From contig CP013062.1 of assembly GCA_001430755.1 (NCBI GenBank), positions 720,001 through 752,000 on the forward strand: 32,000 bases of DNA. Reading direction: 5' to 3'. The notes under the pieces were generated by a model, which worked only from the letters and a program-made list of their open reading frames with translations, ran no database searches and had not been told where the DNA came from. Below are positions 7,989 through 15,829 of this stretch, piece after piece. Both the position numbers and the translations under genes were made by a program. The stretch comes from Candidatus Peribacter riflensis. GTDB taxonomy: Bacteria > Patescibacteriota > Gracilibacteria > Peribacterales > Peribacteraceae. Each line of letters opens with the position of its first letter. The first letter of the stretch is position 1.

Positions 7989-9680
7989 CTAATAGACCTC
8001 TTGTAAGTAACACTCCTCACAGTACACGATCTCCGGTCTTTCCGGCGCGTACGTGGTTTCGACAGGCTTCCGACACTTCATGCAGCTGCGGCTCCAGAGG
8101 CGGCGGGGATTACGAAGCGCCATGCGCTGACGGTGGCGTTCATCGGGATGGAAGTGCGGGACGGGAAGCTTCATCCTGCGATACAGATCCAGCTCCTGCC
8201 TCACGATCTTGAACGGACGTCCCGTTGCCTCGCAGGTGACCGCCCAGTTGAGAATGTCATCGGGAACATCGTCGATGGAGGCCGGCAGTTTCTCAGCCGG
8301 AATCGTCCTGCTTACCGAAAGCTGCTCCTGCTTCTCTTCCTTCCACGGAAATCCCCTCTTTCGGGCTTCGGACGGCGTGAGCGGGAAGAACATGTGCGCC
8401 GTCGTCTCGTTATAGGCGAACGGAGCGACACCAGCCGGAAAGAACTCACCCCACTCACCGTTCTTCCTCATGAGCTCGATCACCCGGGGGACAAGCTCCC
8501 CGTATTCCTTCTGCGTGTACTGCCTGTTGAGCACGCAGTACCTGCCGGGCTTCATACACACGCACCCGCACATGTCCGATCCTGTCTGAATGATGTCGCA
8601 GTAGAGCAGGTTCTTCGACCCCCATGACCCGTGTGTGAAGAGTGCGTTGTAGGAGCCGTACCCGAGGCTCAGGGAGTCGTACCCGAGCTCGGCATCCGTC
8701 GTGTGGCACACATCCATGAGGTCTTTGATCTGAAATCCCGTGAAGATGTAGGAGCAATCCTCTCCGTATGAGACATCGAAGCAGTGACGGATGTTCTTGG
8801 AATCCTTGAGGTAATCCCCCGTCACGTTGTCACAGCTCACCACCTCGCGCGCACGGTGGATACTCTGCTCTTTGAGGGCGGAAAACTCCCGCAGCACCTC
8901 CGCGAGTCCCCCGCCCGCCACGCGATCCATGATTTCCTTCTTCAGGCGCAGATATTCCTCCTGCGGATACTCCCGGTTGCGGATGACATTTCGCTTATTG
9001 CGCAGATTGGTGGAGAGCAGACACTCGGTGCAGCCTTTGCAATCGAAGAGGAAGGCGGAAGAGGAACAATTCGTGCAATTTTGTGAGAAGGAGAGCGAGT
9101 GGCACTTGTCGACATCGGTCACCTCGAAGCAGTAGTGCGATTCGGTGCAATCCACGGTGTCCACGCATCCGGTGGATTTGATGACCTGATACCCATACAG
9201 ACAATCCTCGTTAAATTCCGCAGCAAAGATCAGGTAGCAGTTCTTGTTACTGCCGGAGTGATTGATGAAATCGGAATTCTCGTTATTCACCACGTTGAGC
9301 GCCATGCGTGGCACGGCATTCTGGAGCTCTTTGACCTGAGCAAAGAACGGACGGTTAAAATCTACTGCGCGACCGTACGTGAGCGGATCGTTTTTGTCGG
9401 ACCACCAGCACTCCGTGCAGTAGACGGGAAACGCCGAACCGGCAGGGTACATCGAAATGATGGATTTCTTACATAGATCGCACGTCCTGCGATACAGACT
9501 GCGCTCGTTCCTCCAGAAAAGCCGGCGCTGCTGCCGGCAGTCGGGGCAGAGAGTCGGAGGAGGAATGGAAAATTTTTTGCCCCCGAAGACGGGAGAGAGC
9601 TTGTCGAGAAGGGCAAGGTCATCCTGCGTGACCTCGAAGGGAGTGCCGCACTGTGAACAGGACTTCTGCACGACCTCCAC
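7989..9680 (-). CDS. Cysteine-rich zinc-ribbon ladder protein, paralog 4 of 7
   Basis: 563-aa ORF whose first start is GTG at 9680 (VEVVQKSC). A second GTG at 9671 would give MQKSCSQCGTPFEV, matching the paralog 1 and 3 starts. The C-terminus is CMKCRKPVETTYAPERPEIVYCEECYLQEVY. Confidence 0.9.
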   Translation of the reverse strand: MEVVQKSCSQCGTPFEVTQDDLALLDKLSPVFGGKKFSIPPPTLCPDCRQQRRLFWRNERSLYRRTCDLCKKSIISMYPAGSAFPVYCTECWWSDKNDPLTYGRAVDFNRPFFAQVKELQNAVPRMALNVVNNENSDFINHSGSNKNCYLIFAAEFNEDCLYGYQVIKSTGCVDTVDCTESHYCFEVTDVDKCHSLSFSQNCTNCSSSAFLFDCKGCTECLLSTNLRNKRNVIRNREYPQEEYLRLKKEIMDRVAGGGLAEVLREFSALKEQSIHRAREVVSCDNVTGDYLKDSKNIRHCFDVSYGEDCSYIFTGFQIKDLMDVCHTTDAELGYDSLSLGYGSYNALFTHGSWGSKNLLYCDIIQTGSDMCGCVCMKPGRYCVLNRQYTQKEYGELVPRVIELMRKNGEWGEFFPAGVAPFAYNETTAHMFFPLTPSEARKRGFPWKEEKQEQLSVSRTIPAEKLPASIDDVPDDILNWAVTCEATGRPFKIVRQELDLYRRMKLPVPHFHPDERHRQRMALRNPRRLWSRSCMKCRKPVETTYAPERPEIVYCEECYLQEVY

Positions 9681-9797
9681 TGTAAGCGAGACGAGCGGAT
9701 GAGCAACTCAAAAGAGTCTTCATGGAGAAATGAGTGGAATAGGGCTCCAGTAAGCCATTTTCAGAGATCGGATATTCTCAGATTCCTGTGAAGATCT

Positions 9798-10598
9798 TTA
9801 CGCTCCGACGCCATTCCCCCACATCCGCTCGAACTGGTCGCGGTAGAGCGCAACCATTTCGGGATGCCGGATGATGACCACCCGTGGATGCTCCTGATCG
9901 CAGATAAAGTGGCGGACATGATCTTTGGTGTACCCCAGGTAATCCCTTGCAACGGGGATCGTGTCTACAAGGCGTGTGGTTCGCAGCTCCTTACTGTCAC
10001 GTTTGGCAAATGTTTCGGATTCGGGGGAATGTGTGTTGAAAACGCGGCAGAACATGTTCCGGCTGAAACGCTTGTGGCGGAACGCCAGCTCCTCGGGCGC
10101 TTCGTCGGACATGCCGGCGATATTCCAGTAATTCTGCATCGATCCCATGCACAGAAACTCATCATCGCAAAAATCGGGAATTTTGAGGTACTCTTCCCGG
10201 AACGCATCCAACCCTTCGCGCACCTCGATCATTTCCCCATCCGTGTTACGGACATCAGCAGATTCCATGCGATCCAGAAACGGCAGGAACCGGTCGAGAT
10301 CCTGCAATGCAAGCTGCACGCGACGAAGTACACGTTGCTCGGTACCAAGTTTTTGAATGAGACCCTTCAGCGTGAGCGGTGCGTACACCGATTGCTTGCG
10401 GTTCACCTTGAGCGCCTGCACCAGTCCCCGATCCTCAAGACGCTTCATGGTCCGGTAGGCCGTCATCACATTGATTCCGCTCCCGCCGATCAGCTTCGGC
10501 ATGGCCGCGCGCTTGTGCTTGAGGAGCTCAAGGTACAGGGTCACCTCCTCTTCACGGAGGCCAGAGAGCCGTAGCAGATCCTGGAGTCTTCGGCGCAT
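9798..10598 (-). CDS. TrmB-family winged-helix transcriptional regulator (copy 2)
   Basis: 266 aa with an ATG start. LSGLREEEVTLYLELLKHKRAAMPKLIGGSGINVMTAYRTMKRLEDRGLV matches the TrmB wHTH pattern. It is co-directional with the array and sits between paralogs 5 and 4. Confidence 0.8.
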   Translation of the reverse strand: MRRRLQDLLRLSGLREEEVTLYLELLKHKRAAMPKLIGGSGINVMTAYRTMKRLEDRGLVQALKVNRKQSVYAPLTLKGLIQKLGTEQRVLRRVQLALQDLDRFLPFLDRMESADVRNTDGEMIEVREGLDAFREEYLKIPDFCDDEFLCMGSMQNYWNIAGMSDEAPEELAFRHKRFSRNMFCRVFNTHSPESETFAKRDSKELRTTRLVDTIPVARDYLGYTKDHVRHFICDQEHPRVVIIRHPEMVALYRDQFERMWGNGVGA

Positions 10599-10641
10599 GG
10601 GGAAAGTATAGAAGACGGAAAGAGGATGTAAAGTTAAGTTG

Positions 10642-12294
10642 TCAATACACCTCCTTCAAGTAGCACGCCTCGCACAAAATCCTCCCGTCATACTCCTTGG
10701 GCCAGCTCGTCTGCGTTTCTTTCTTACACTTCCCGCACGCCATTGTCCGGAGCTCGCCATTGAAGGGAATCAGGCGGAAATTCTCCTGCAATCTTCGCAT
10801 GTAGTACGTATACGGAAGCGGAACCTTCAAATCCTGCGCGAAAACCACATCCTCTTGAAGAATTTGGAAGGGACGACCGGCAACCGGATCCCAGTAGGGC
10901 GACGTGGTCACGGATTCATCTGCATGATCACTGCGATCGGGGACTTCGGAGGCATCCCGCGTGTCCGACTCACGGTGCTCTTCCCTCTCGCGCATCCGAA
11001 ACCCTCTCTTCTTCCCCTCTGCGGTCATCATCGGCCAGACGAAACCTGCCAGACTCTCTTCGTAAGGATTTGCTGCAAAGTGTGGCGGAAAAAATTGGCC
11101 GTATTCACCCGTCTTCTTCATTGCCGCAATCACTTCTGCCTTTTTTCGCTCGAATTCCTTGGGTTCATAGGGCTTGTTAAAAATGTGATATTCCTTTCCC
11201 ACGAGCCCGCAGCAACCGAAGCAGTGCTTGCATTGGAAACACTGCGCGCAGTACTCCATATACTTGCACTGCATGACGTTGTAGCCGAATTTCACGTCAT
11301 AGCATTTGTCCTGCGGCTCGGTCGATCCGTACACGAGTTCCGATCCTACGGCGGCACACACGGTATCCAGGCAATCCTTGCCGCCGAATCCGCGAAACAC
11401 ATGCATACAATCCTCCAGTTCGTCGACGAAGAAGCAGTTCGTACATCCCTTGCTTGAGTAGATGTAATTGGAATCGCCACACTCCTGGCACTGATCCATG
11501 AAGATAGCGCGGTGCCAGGCATTCTCTTTCAGCATCTTCCCGAATTCCTTCTTCGCGTGCTCATAGACGGCGCGCGACCGCAGATCCCAGGACTCAAGAC
11601 GCTTCTTATATTCCTCCTTCGTCAGCTGCTGATTGGCGAAGCAGTACGACTTGTTGCGAAGATTGGTGCAGAAGAAACAGTGATTACAGTTGCGGCAGTC
11701 GTAGAGGAACGCGCTCTCCGTACACTGCCAGCAATTCAGCGTGAACACGGAGCGAAAACACAGATGACTGTTGATGAGGTCAACGGAACGTTCACTATCG
11801 TAGGAGAAGACACCGAATTGGCTGTTCTTCACGTTAAAGACCCGGTAGCAGTAACGAAGATCTTCGTCGTTCAGTCCTGAGTGGCAGAGATAGCAGTTCT
11901 TGCTGTACCACCAGTCATCCGTGTACTCACAATTCTCATTGCCCGTCCCCACATTGTGCGCAATGGGGCAGCACCGGAAAAGCTCCCACATCTGCGGGAA
12001 AATCGGCTTGGTGAGATCGACCTCCGCGGAAGGTGGATCGGCATGCTTGATCCACTCATCCTTGTGCCACACGGGGTAGGGACAGTCCTGCGAAAAGACA
12101 GAAACGATCTGCTTACCGGTCTTATCACATTTCCGTTTGTGCAGCGCCCAGTGCTGCCAGAAAGCGCCGAGGATCTGCCAACGCGCAATCGGGTGGAGAG
12201 AGGGCTCACCCTCAATACCAAGCTTCTTTCTAAGCTCCATCTCGGCAGGAGCCACCTCGAATGTTTTGCCGGTGACGGGGCAGATTTTCGGCAT
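10642..12294 (-). CDS. Cysteine-rich zinc-ribbon ladder protein, paralog 5 of 7 (most divergent)
   Basis: 550 aa with an ATG start (MPKICPVTGKTFEV). It keeps the caps (CFFCTNLRNKSYCFANQQLTKEEY, CFGCCGLVGKEYHIFNKPYEPKEF) and the C-terminus CGKC...ILCEACYLKEVY. The N-terminal CPxC knuckle is lost (LHPIARWQ). Confidence 0.9.
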   Translation of the reverse strand: MPKICPVTGKTFEVAPAEMELRKKLGIEGEPSLHPIARWQILGAFWQHWALHKRKCDKTGKQIVSVFSQDCPYPVWHKDEWIKHADPPSAEVDLTKPIFPQMWELFRCCPIAHNVGTGNENCEYTDDWWYSKNCYLCHSGLNDEDLRYCYRVFNVKNSQFGVFSYDSERSVDLINSHLCFRSVFTLNCWQCTESAFLYDCRNCNHCFFCTNLRNKSYCFANQQLTKEEYKKRLESWDLRSRAVYEHAKKEFGKMLKENAWHRAIFMDQCQECGDSNYIYSSKGCTNCFFVDELEDCMHVFRGFGGKDCLDTVCAAVGSELVYGSTEPQDKCYDVKFGYNVMQCKYMEYCAQCFQCKHCFGCCGLVGKEYHIFNKPYEPKEFERKKAEVIAAMKKTGEYGQFFPPHFAANPYEESLAGFVWPMMTAEGKKRGFRMREREEHRESDTRDASEVPDRSDHADESVTTSPYWDPVAGRPFQILQEDVVFAQDLKVPLPYTYYMRRLQENFRLIPFNGELRTMACGKCKKETQTSWPKEYDGRILCEACYLKEVY

Positions 12295-12386
12295 GGAATA
12301 TGTGTTTAGTATACCTATTTCTTTTAATGGTGTTTGGGAGAATGAAGCAGTACGAATTATGAATAATGCATGGTCGAAGCACCTTC

Positions 12387-12414
12387 ATTCTTAATTCTTA
12401 ATTCTTTATTCTCC
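12387..12414. repeat. Heptamer tandem repeat (ATTCTTA x4, degenerating)
   Basis: attctta attctta attcttt attctcc abuts the TAA stop of paralog 6 (12415-12417). It is preceded by ccttcat (12382-12388). Confidence 0.8.
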
Positions 12415-14112
12415 TTAATAGACTTCCTTCAGGTAGCACTCCTCGCACAACACGGTTTCCTTGCGCTCAGGCGAGAACGTGGACTCCATTGCCTTGCCGC
12501 ACGCGGAGCACGGCCGATTCCAGAGCCGGCGGGGAGGACGCAATGCTGTTCTTCGATCCTGCCGCTCCTCCGGATGCAGGTGCGGGAGCGGGAGATCATG
12601 CACACGGTAGAACGCGAGCTCCTGCTTCACGATGCGGAAGGGGCGGCCGGATACTGCGGATGTCACCGCCCAGTTCAGGATATCATCGGCCTTCGCCAAG
12701 GCTACGGCCGACGAGTCGGGAATTTCCGCGATTGTTTCCGGTAATTTCGCCGCGGCGATGACTTTTTGCACGTCCGGCTTCTCATCCGATTCATCGCGCC
12801 ACGGATAGCCGCGCTTGAGAGCCTCATCTTTGCTTAGAGGGAAGTACTCCATGGCAATCGACTCGTTGTAGGCAAAGGAACTCATGCTCTTGGGGAAGAA
12901 TTCCCCGTACTCTCCGGCTTTCTTCATATGAGCGATGAGTTTTTCGCGCAGTTTCTCGTACTCATCTTTCGTGTACTGCGTATTCAGAATGCAATACTGC
13001 TTCTTCTTCAGGCCCACGCAGCCGAAGCAATTTTTGCATCCCGTACAGCTGTCCAAATATTCGCAATCGCTCATATTCGTCGTGCACATGGTCGAGAATT
13101 TCAGATTGTAGACGTTGTTGCCGCATGCACCGCACTGGTACGCACGCTCCACATTATCGCCCCAGAAGGTGTAATCCATGGAAGACTTCACCCCCATGGA
13201 AACCCGCTGACAGTAGCGGCAATCCTCCAGATCCTTACAGTCCATGCAATAGAAGGCATTGCGGGTGTTACTGATGTGATCGCCCGTCGAGTGCTCATTG
13301 TGCTCGCCCTGCACGTAGCGCTGCGGCTGGGCGCGGAAGAATTCCGTCACGTTCTTTCTCACCATGGCGATGCCGGAGGAGGTATCGAGCCTGAGGGTCG
13401 TTTTCCGCTTCTCGTATTCCTCTTTCGTGAGCTGTTCATTCAGGATCATGAACCGTTTCTGGCGCTGATTGGCGCAAGCGATGCAGTCACGGCATCCGAT
13501 ACAACTTTTGAGGAAGTAACTGTCCGAACAATTGTGACAGTCCTGTGAAAAAAACAGGCTGTGACAATCGATGCAATCCAAACACTCGTAGAGAATTTCA
13601 CTCTTATGACAATTGAAGCAATCCACCATGTCCTTGCAGTGGTAGACACGGTTTGAGTAGAGACAATCCTCAACGTAATCCGCTTCCGCGATCAGGTAAC
13701 AGTTTTTGGAATACCCCGCATTGTTCACATAGTCGCTGTTCACCATCGTCCCCTGAATCACGAAACGCGCCTGATGAGGAACGCGATTCCTGAGCTCCAT
13801 GAATTGTTCAAAGAACGGACGGGAAAAATCGATGTCCTGCCCGTACGTGAGCGCGTCCCAGCCATCACCCCACCACGCTTCGGGGCTAAAGACCGGAAAG
13901 GGATGATCGGCGTGAAACTGCGACAGAATCCGCTCCCCCGTGAGGTCGCACGTTCTCCAGTAAAGCTTGCGGGAATTGCGCTCGAGCAGGCGCCGCCGGA
14001 GCCGGCACTCGGGACACGATTGAGGAGCGGGAACTTCAAAATCATCCAAAAACCTCTGATCATCCGAAGAAATTTCGAAACTCGAGCCGCATTCGACGCA
14101 CTTTCCAAGCAT
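12415..14112 (-). CDS. Cysteine-rich zinc-ribbon ladder protein, paralog 6 of 7
   Basis: 565 aa with an ATG start (MLGKCVECGSSFEI). Caps are CIACANQRQKRFMILNEQLTKEEY and CFGCVGLKKKQYCILNTQYTKDEY. The C-terminus is CSACGKAMESTFSPERKETVLCEECYLKEVY. Its start lies only 3 nt downstream of the paralog 7 stop. Confidence 0.92.
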   Translation of the reverse strand: MLGKCVECGSSFEISSDDQRFLDDFEVPAPQSCPECRLRRRLLERNSRKLYWRTCDLTGERILSQFHADHPFPVFSPEAWWGDGWDALTYGQDIDFSRPFFEQFMELRNRVPHQARFVIQGTMVNSDYVNNAGYSKNCYLIAEADYVEDCLYSNRVYHCKDMVDCFNCHKSEILYECLDCIDCHSLFFSQDCHNCSDSYFLKSCIGCRDCIACANQRQKRFMILNEQLTKEEYEKRKTTLRLDTSSGIAMVRKNVTEFFRAQPQRYVQGEHNEHSTGDHISNTRNAFYCMDCKDLEDCRYCQRVSMGVKSSMDYTFWGDNVERAYQCGACGNNVYNLKFSTMCTTNMSDCEYLDSCTGCKNCFGCVGLKKKQYCILNTQYTKDEYEKLREKLIAHMKKAGEYGEFFPKSMSSFAYNESIAMEYFPLSKDEALKRGYPWRDESDEKPDVQKVIAAAKLPETIAEIPDSSAVALAKADDILNWAVTSAVSGRPFRIVKQELAFYRVHDLPLPHLHPEERQDRRTALRPPRRLWNRPCSACGKAMESTFSPERKETVLCEECYLKEVY

Positions 14113-14115
14113 CGA

Positions 14116-15804
14116 TCAATATACTTCCTTCAAATAGCATTCCTCGCAATAGACGATCTCGGGCCGCTCCGGCGCATAGGTCGTTTCGATCCCCTTCTTG
14201 CACTTGGCACACTGGCGCTTCCAGAGCTTATAGGGGTTGCGCGAAGCCATTCTCTGCTTATGGCGCTCATCGGGATGCAAATGCGGCACGGGGAGCTGCA
14301 TCTTCCGGTAGAAATCCAATTCCTGTTTGACGATCTGAAACGGGCGAGCCGTCGCCTCGCACACGATGGGCCAATTGAGGATGTCGTCGGGAACACCGGC
14401 AATATCCTCCGGCAGCTTGTGGCCGGGAATTGTCTTCCCTGTCTTGGGAGCCTCTTCTGTCTCGTCGCGCCAGCGCCACCCATTCTGCATGGCAGATTCT
14501 TTCGTGAGCGGGAAGTACTCCTGAGCGATGGTTTCGTTGTACGCAAAAGGACTGAGGTCTGCCGGCAGGTACTCGCCCCACTCGCCGCTGGCACGCATCG
14601 ATGCAATGATTTTCGCCACCAGATTTTCGTACTCGTCCTTTGTATACTGCTTATTCAGGATGCAGTAGCGTTTATTCTTGAGCCCCACGCAGCCGAAAAT
14701 ATTACTATTATGGTGACACTCGAGCGAATAGTAGATGTTGGATCCGTACCAGACGTAGAAACAGGCCATCGATGATTCCAGATCGACCGTGGAACAGACG
14801 CTGTAGCAGTACCGGTCTCCATCCGGAGCGCAAAAAGCACAGTCCTGCGTGCAGAGGGTTTTCGGCGCAAAGTAAACGTTTCGGCAATCTTCACAGTCCT
14901 TGCAGTCGAAGGCGTTCGAGCAATTTTTGGAATTGTACACACTGTCCCCCGTGCAGTTTTCGGAAGCATAGATGTGCGCATGTGGGTGGGGCAGTGATGC
15001 CTTGATTTCAGAGAGCGTCTGCCGAAGATAGCCGATGCCCCCCTGGGAAAGCGCGGAATATTCCTTTGTAAGGCGTGCGTACTCCTGCGCTGAATACTGC
15101 TTGTTGAAGATGCAGTACTGCTTCGCCCGCAAGCCGAAACAACCGATGCAATCGGTGCAGCCCAGACAGTCTTCGATCATCGTGCAGTTGCGACAGTTCC
15201 GGCAATTCACGAAAAACCGGCAGCCGTAGCACTGCTCGGATGCCACACCCTCGTAACAGAGTTCGCTGGAGTACACCGCCAGACAGTCAACGCAGTCTTT
15301 ACAGTACACCACGAATTTCCCGTAGAGGCAGTCTTCGTTGTCCCCTGCACCGAAGATCAGGTAACAGTTCTTCTGGTTCAAGGCATAGTTCGTGTAGCTG
15401 CTGTTCTCGATATTCGTGTTATACAGGCCGACATGGGGAACTTCCGCATACAGCTCTCTGAGCTGCTGTCGCATCGTCTTGGAAAAGTCGTATGCACGAC
15501 CATAGGAGAGCGCCTCCCATTGGTCCCCCCACCATGCATCGCGGTCGTAGACCTTATACGGCATATCCGGAGCATAGATGGAGAGGATGGGTTTGCCGGT
15601 CAGGTCGCAGGTGCGGCGGTAGAGCTTGCGCTCATTGCGAAAAGAAAGGCGCAGTTGTTGTCTGCATTGCGGGCACCGCGTCGGCGGTGGAATGAGCTGT
15701 TTCAAACCACTGAAGACCGGTGAAACACTTTCGTAAAACGTGAGATCCCCCTCTGCGATCTCGAAGGGCTGCTTGCACCAGCCGTTGCGGCAAATCTGCT
15801 CCAC
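14116..15804 (-). CDS. Cysteine-rich zinc-ribbon ladder protein, paralog 7 of 7
   Basis: The maximal ORF is 14116..15870 (584 aa), with a TTG start inside the M23 peptidase gene. A GTG at 15804 gives (M)EQICRNGWCKQPFEI. That aligns with the other paralog starts, gives 562 aa, and removes the 41-nt overlap. Confidence 0.88.
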   Translation of the reverse strand: MEQICRNGWCKQPFEIAEGDLTFYESVSPVFSGLKQLIPPPTRCPQCRQQLRLSFRNERKLYRRTCDLTGKPILSIYAPDMPYKVYDRDAWWGDQWEALSYGRAYDFSKTMRQQLRELYAEVPHVGLYNTNIENSSYTNYALNQKNCYLIFGAGDNEDCLYGKFVVYCKDCVDCLAVYSSELCYEGVASEQCYGCRFFVNCRNCRNCTMIEDCLGCTDCIGCFGLRAKQYCIFNKQYSAQEYARLTKEYSALSQGGIGYLRQTLSEIKASLPHPHAHIYASENCTGDSVYNSKNCSNAFDCKDCEDCRNVYFAPKTLCTQDCAFCAPDGDRYCYSVCSTVDLESSMACFYVWYGSNIYYSLECHHNSNIFGCVGLKNKRYCILNKQYTKDEYENLVAKIIASMRASGEWGEYLPADLSPFAYNETIAQEYFPLTKESAMQNGWRWRDETEEAPKTGKTIPGHKLPEDIAGVPDDILNWPIVCEATARPFQIVKQELDFYRKMQLPVPHLHPDERHKQRMASRNPYKLWKRQCAKCKKGIETTYAPERPEIVYCEECYLKEVY

Positions 15805-15829
15805 AGAAGGCAGAGTAGCAGAATCCCGG

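Noticed and set aside
13774-14775. 333-aa plus-strand ORF spanning the junction of paralogs 6 and 7
   Set aside because: It is antisense to two well-supported homologous genes and crosses their 3-nt intergenic gap. Its composition (R, L, A, P, G rich) is typical of the GC-rich antisense frame. The same applies to 2259..2870, 3742..4215, 4312..4779, 6356..6826, 6929..7618, 8133..8627, 9864..10574, 10639..11457, 11512..11880, 11881..12309 and 12928..13548.
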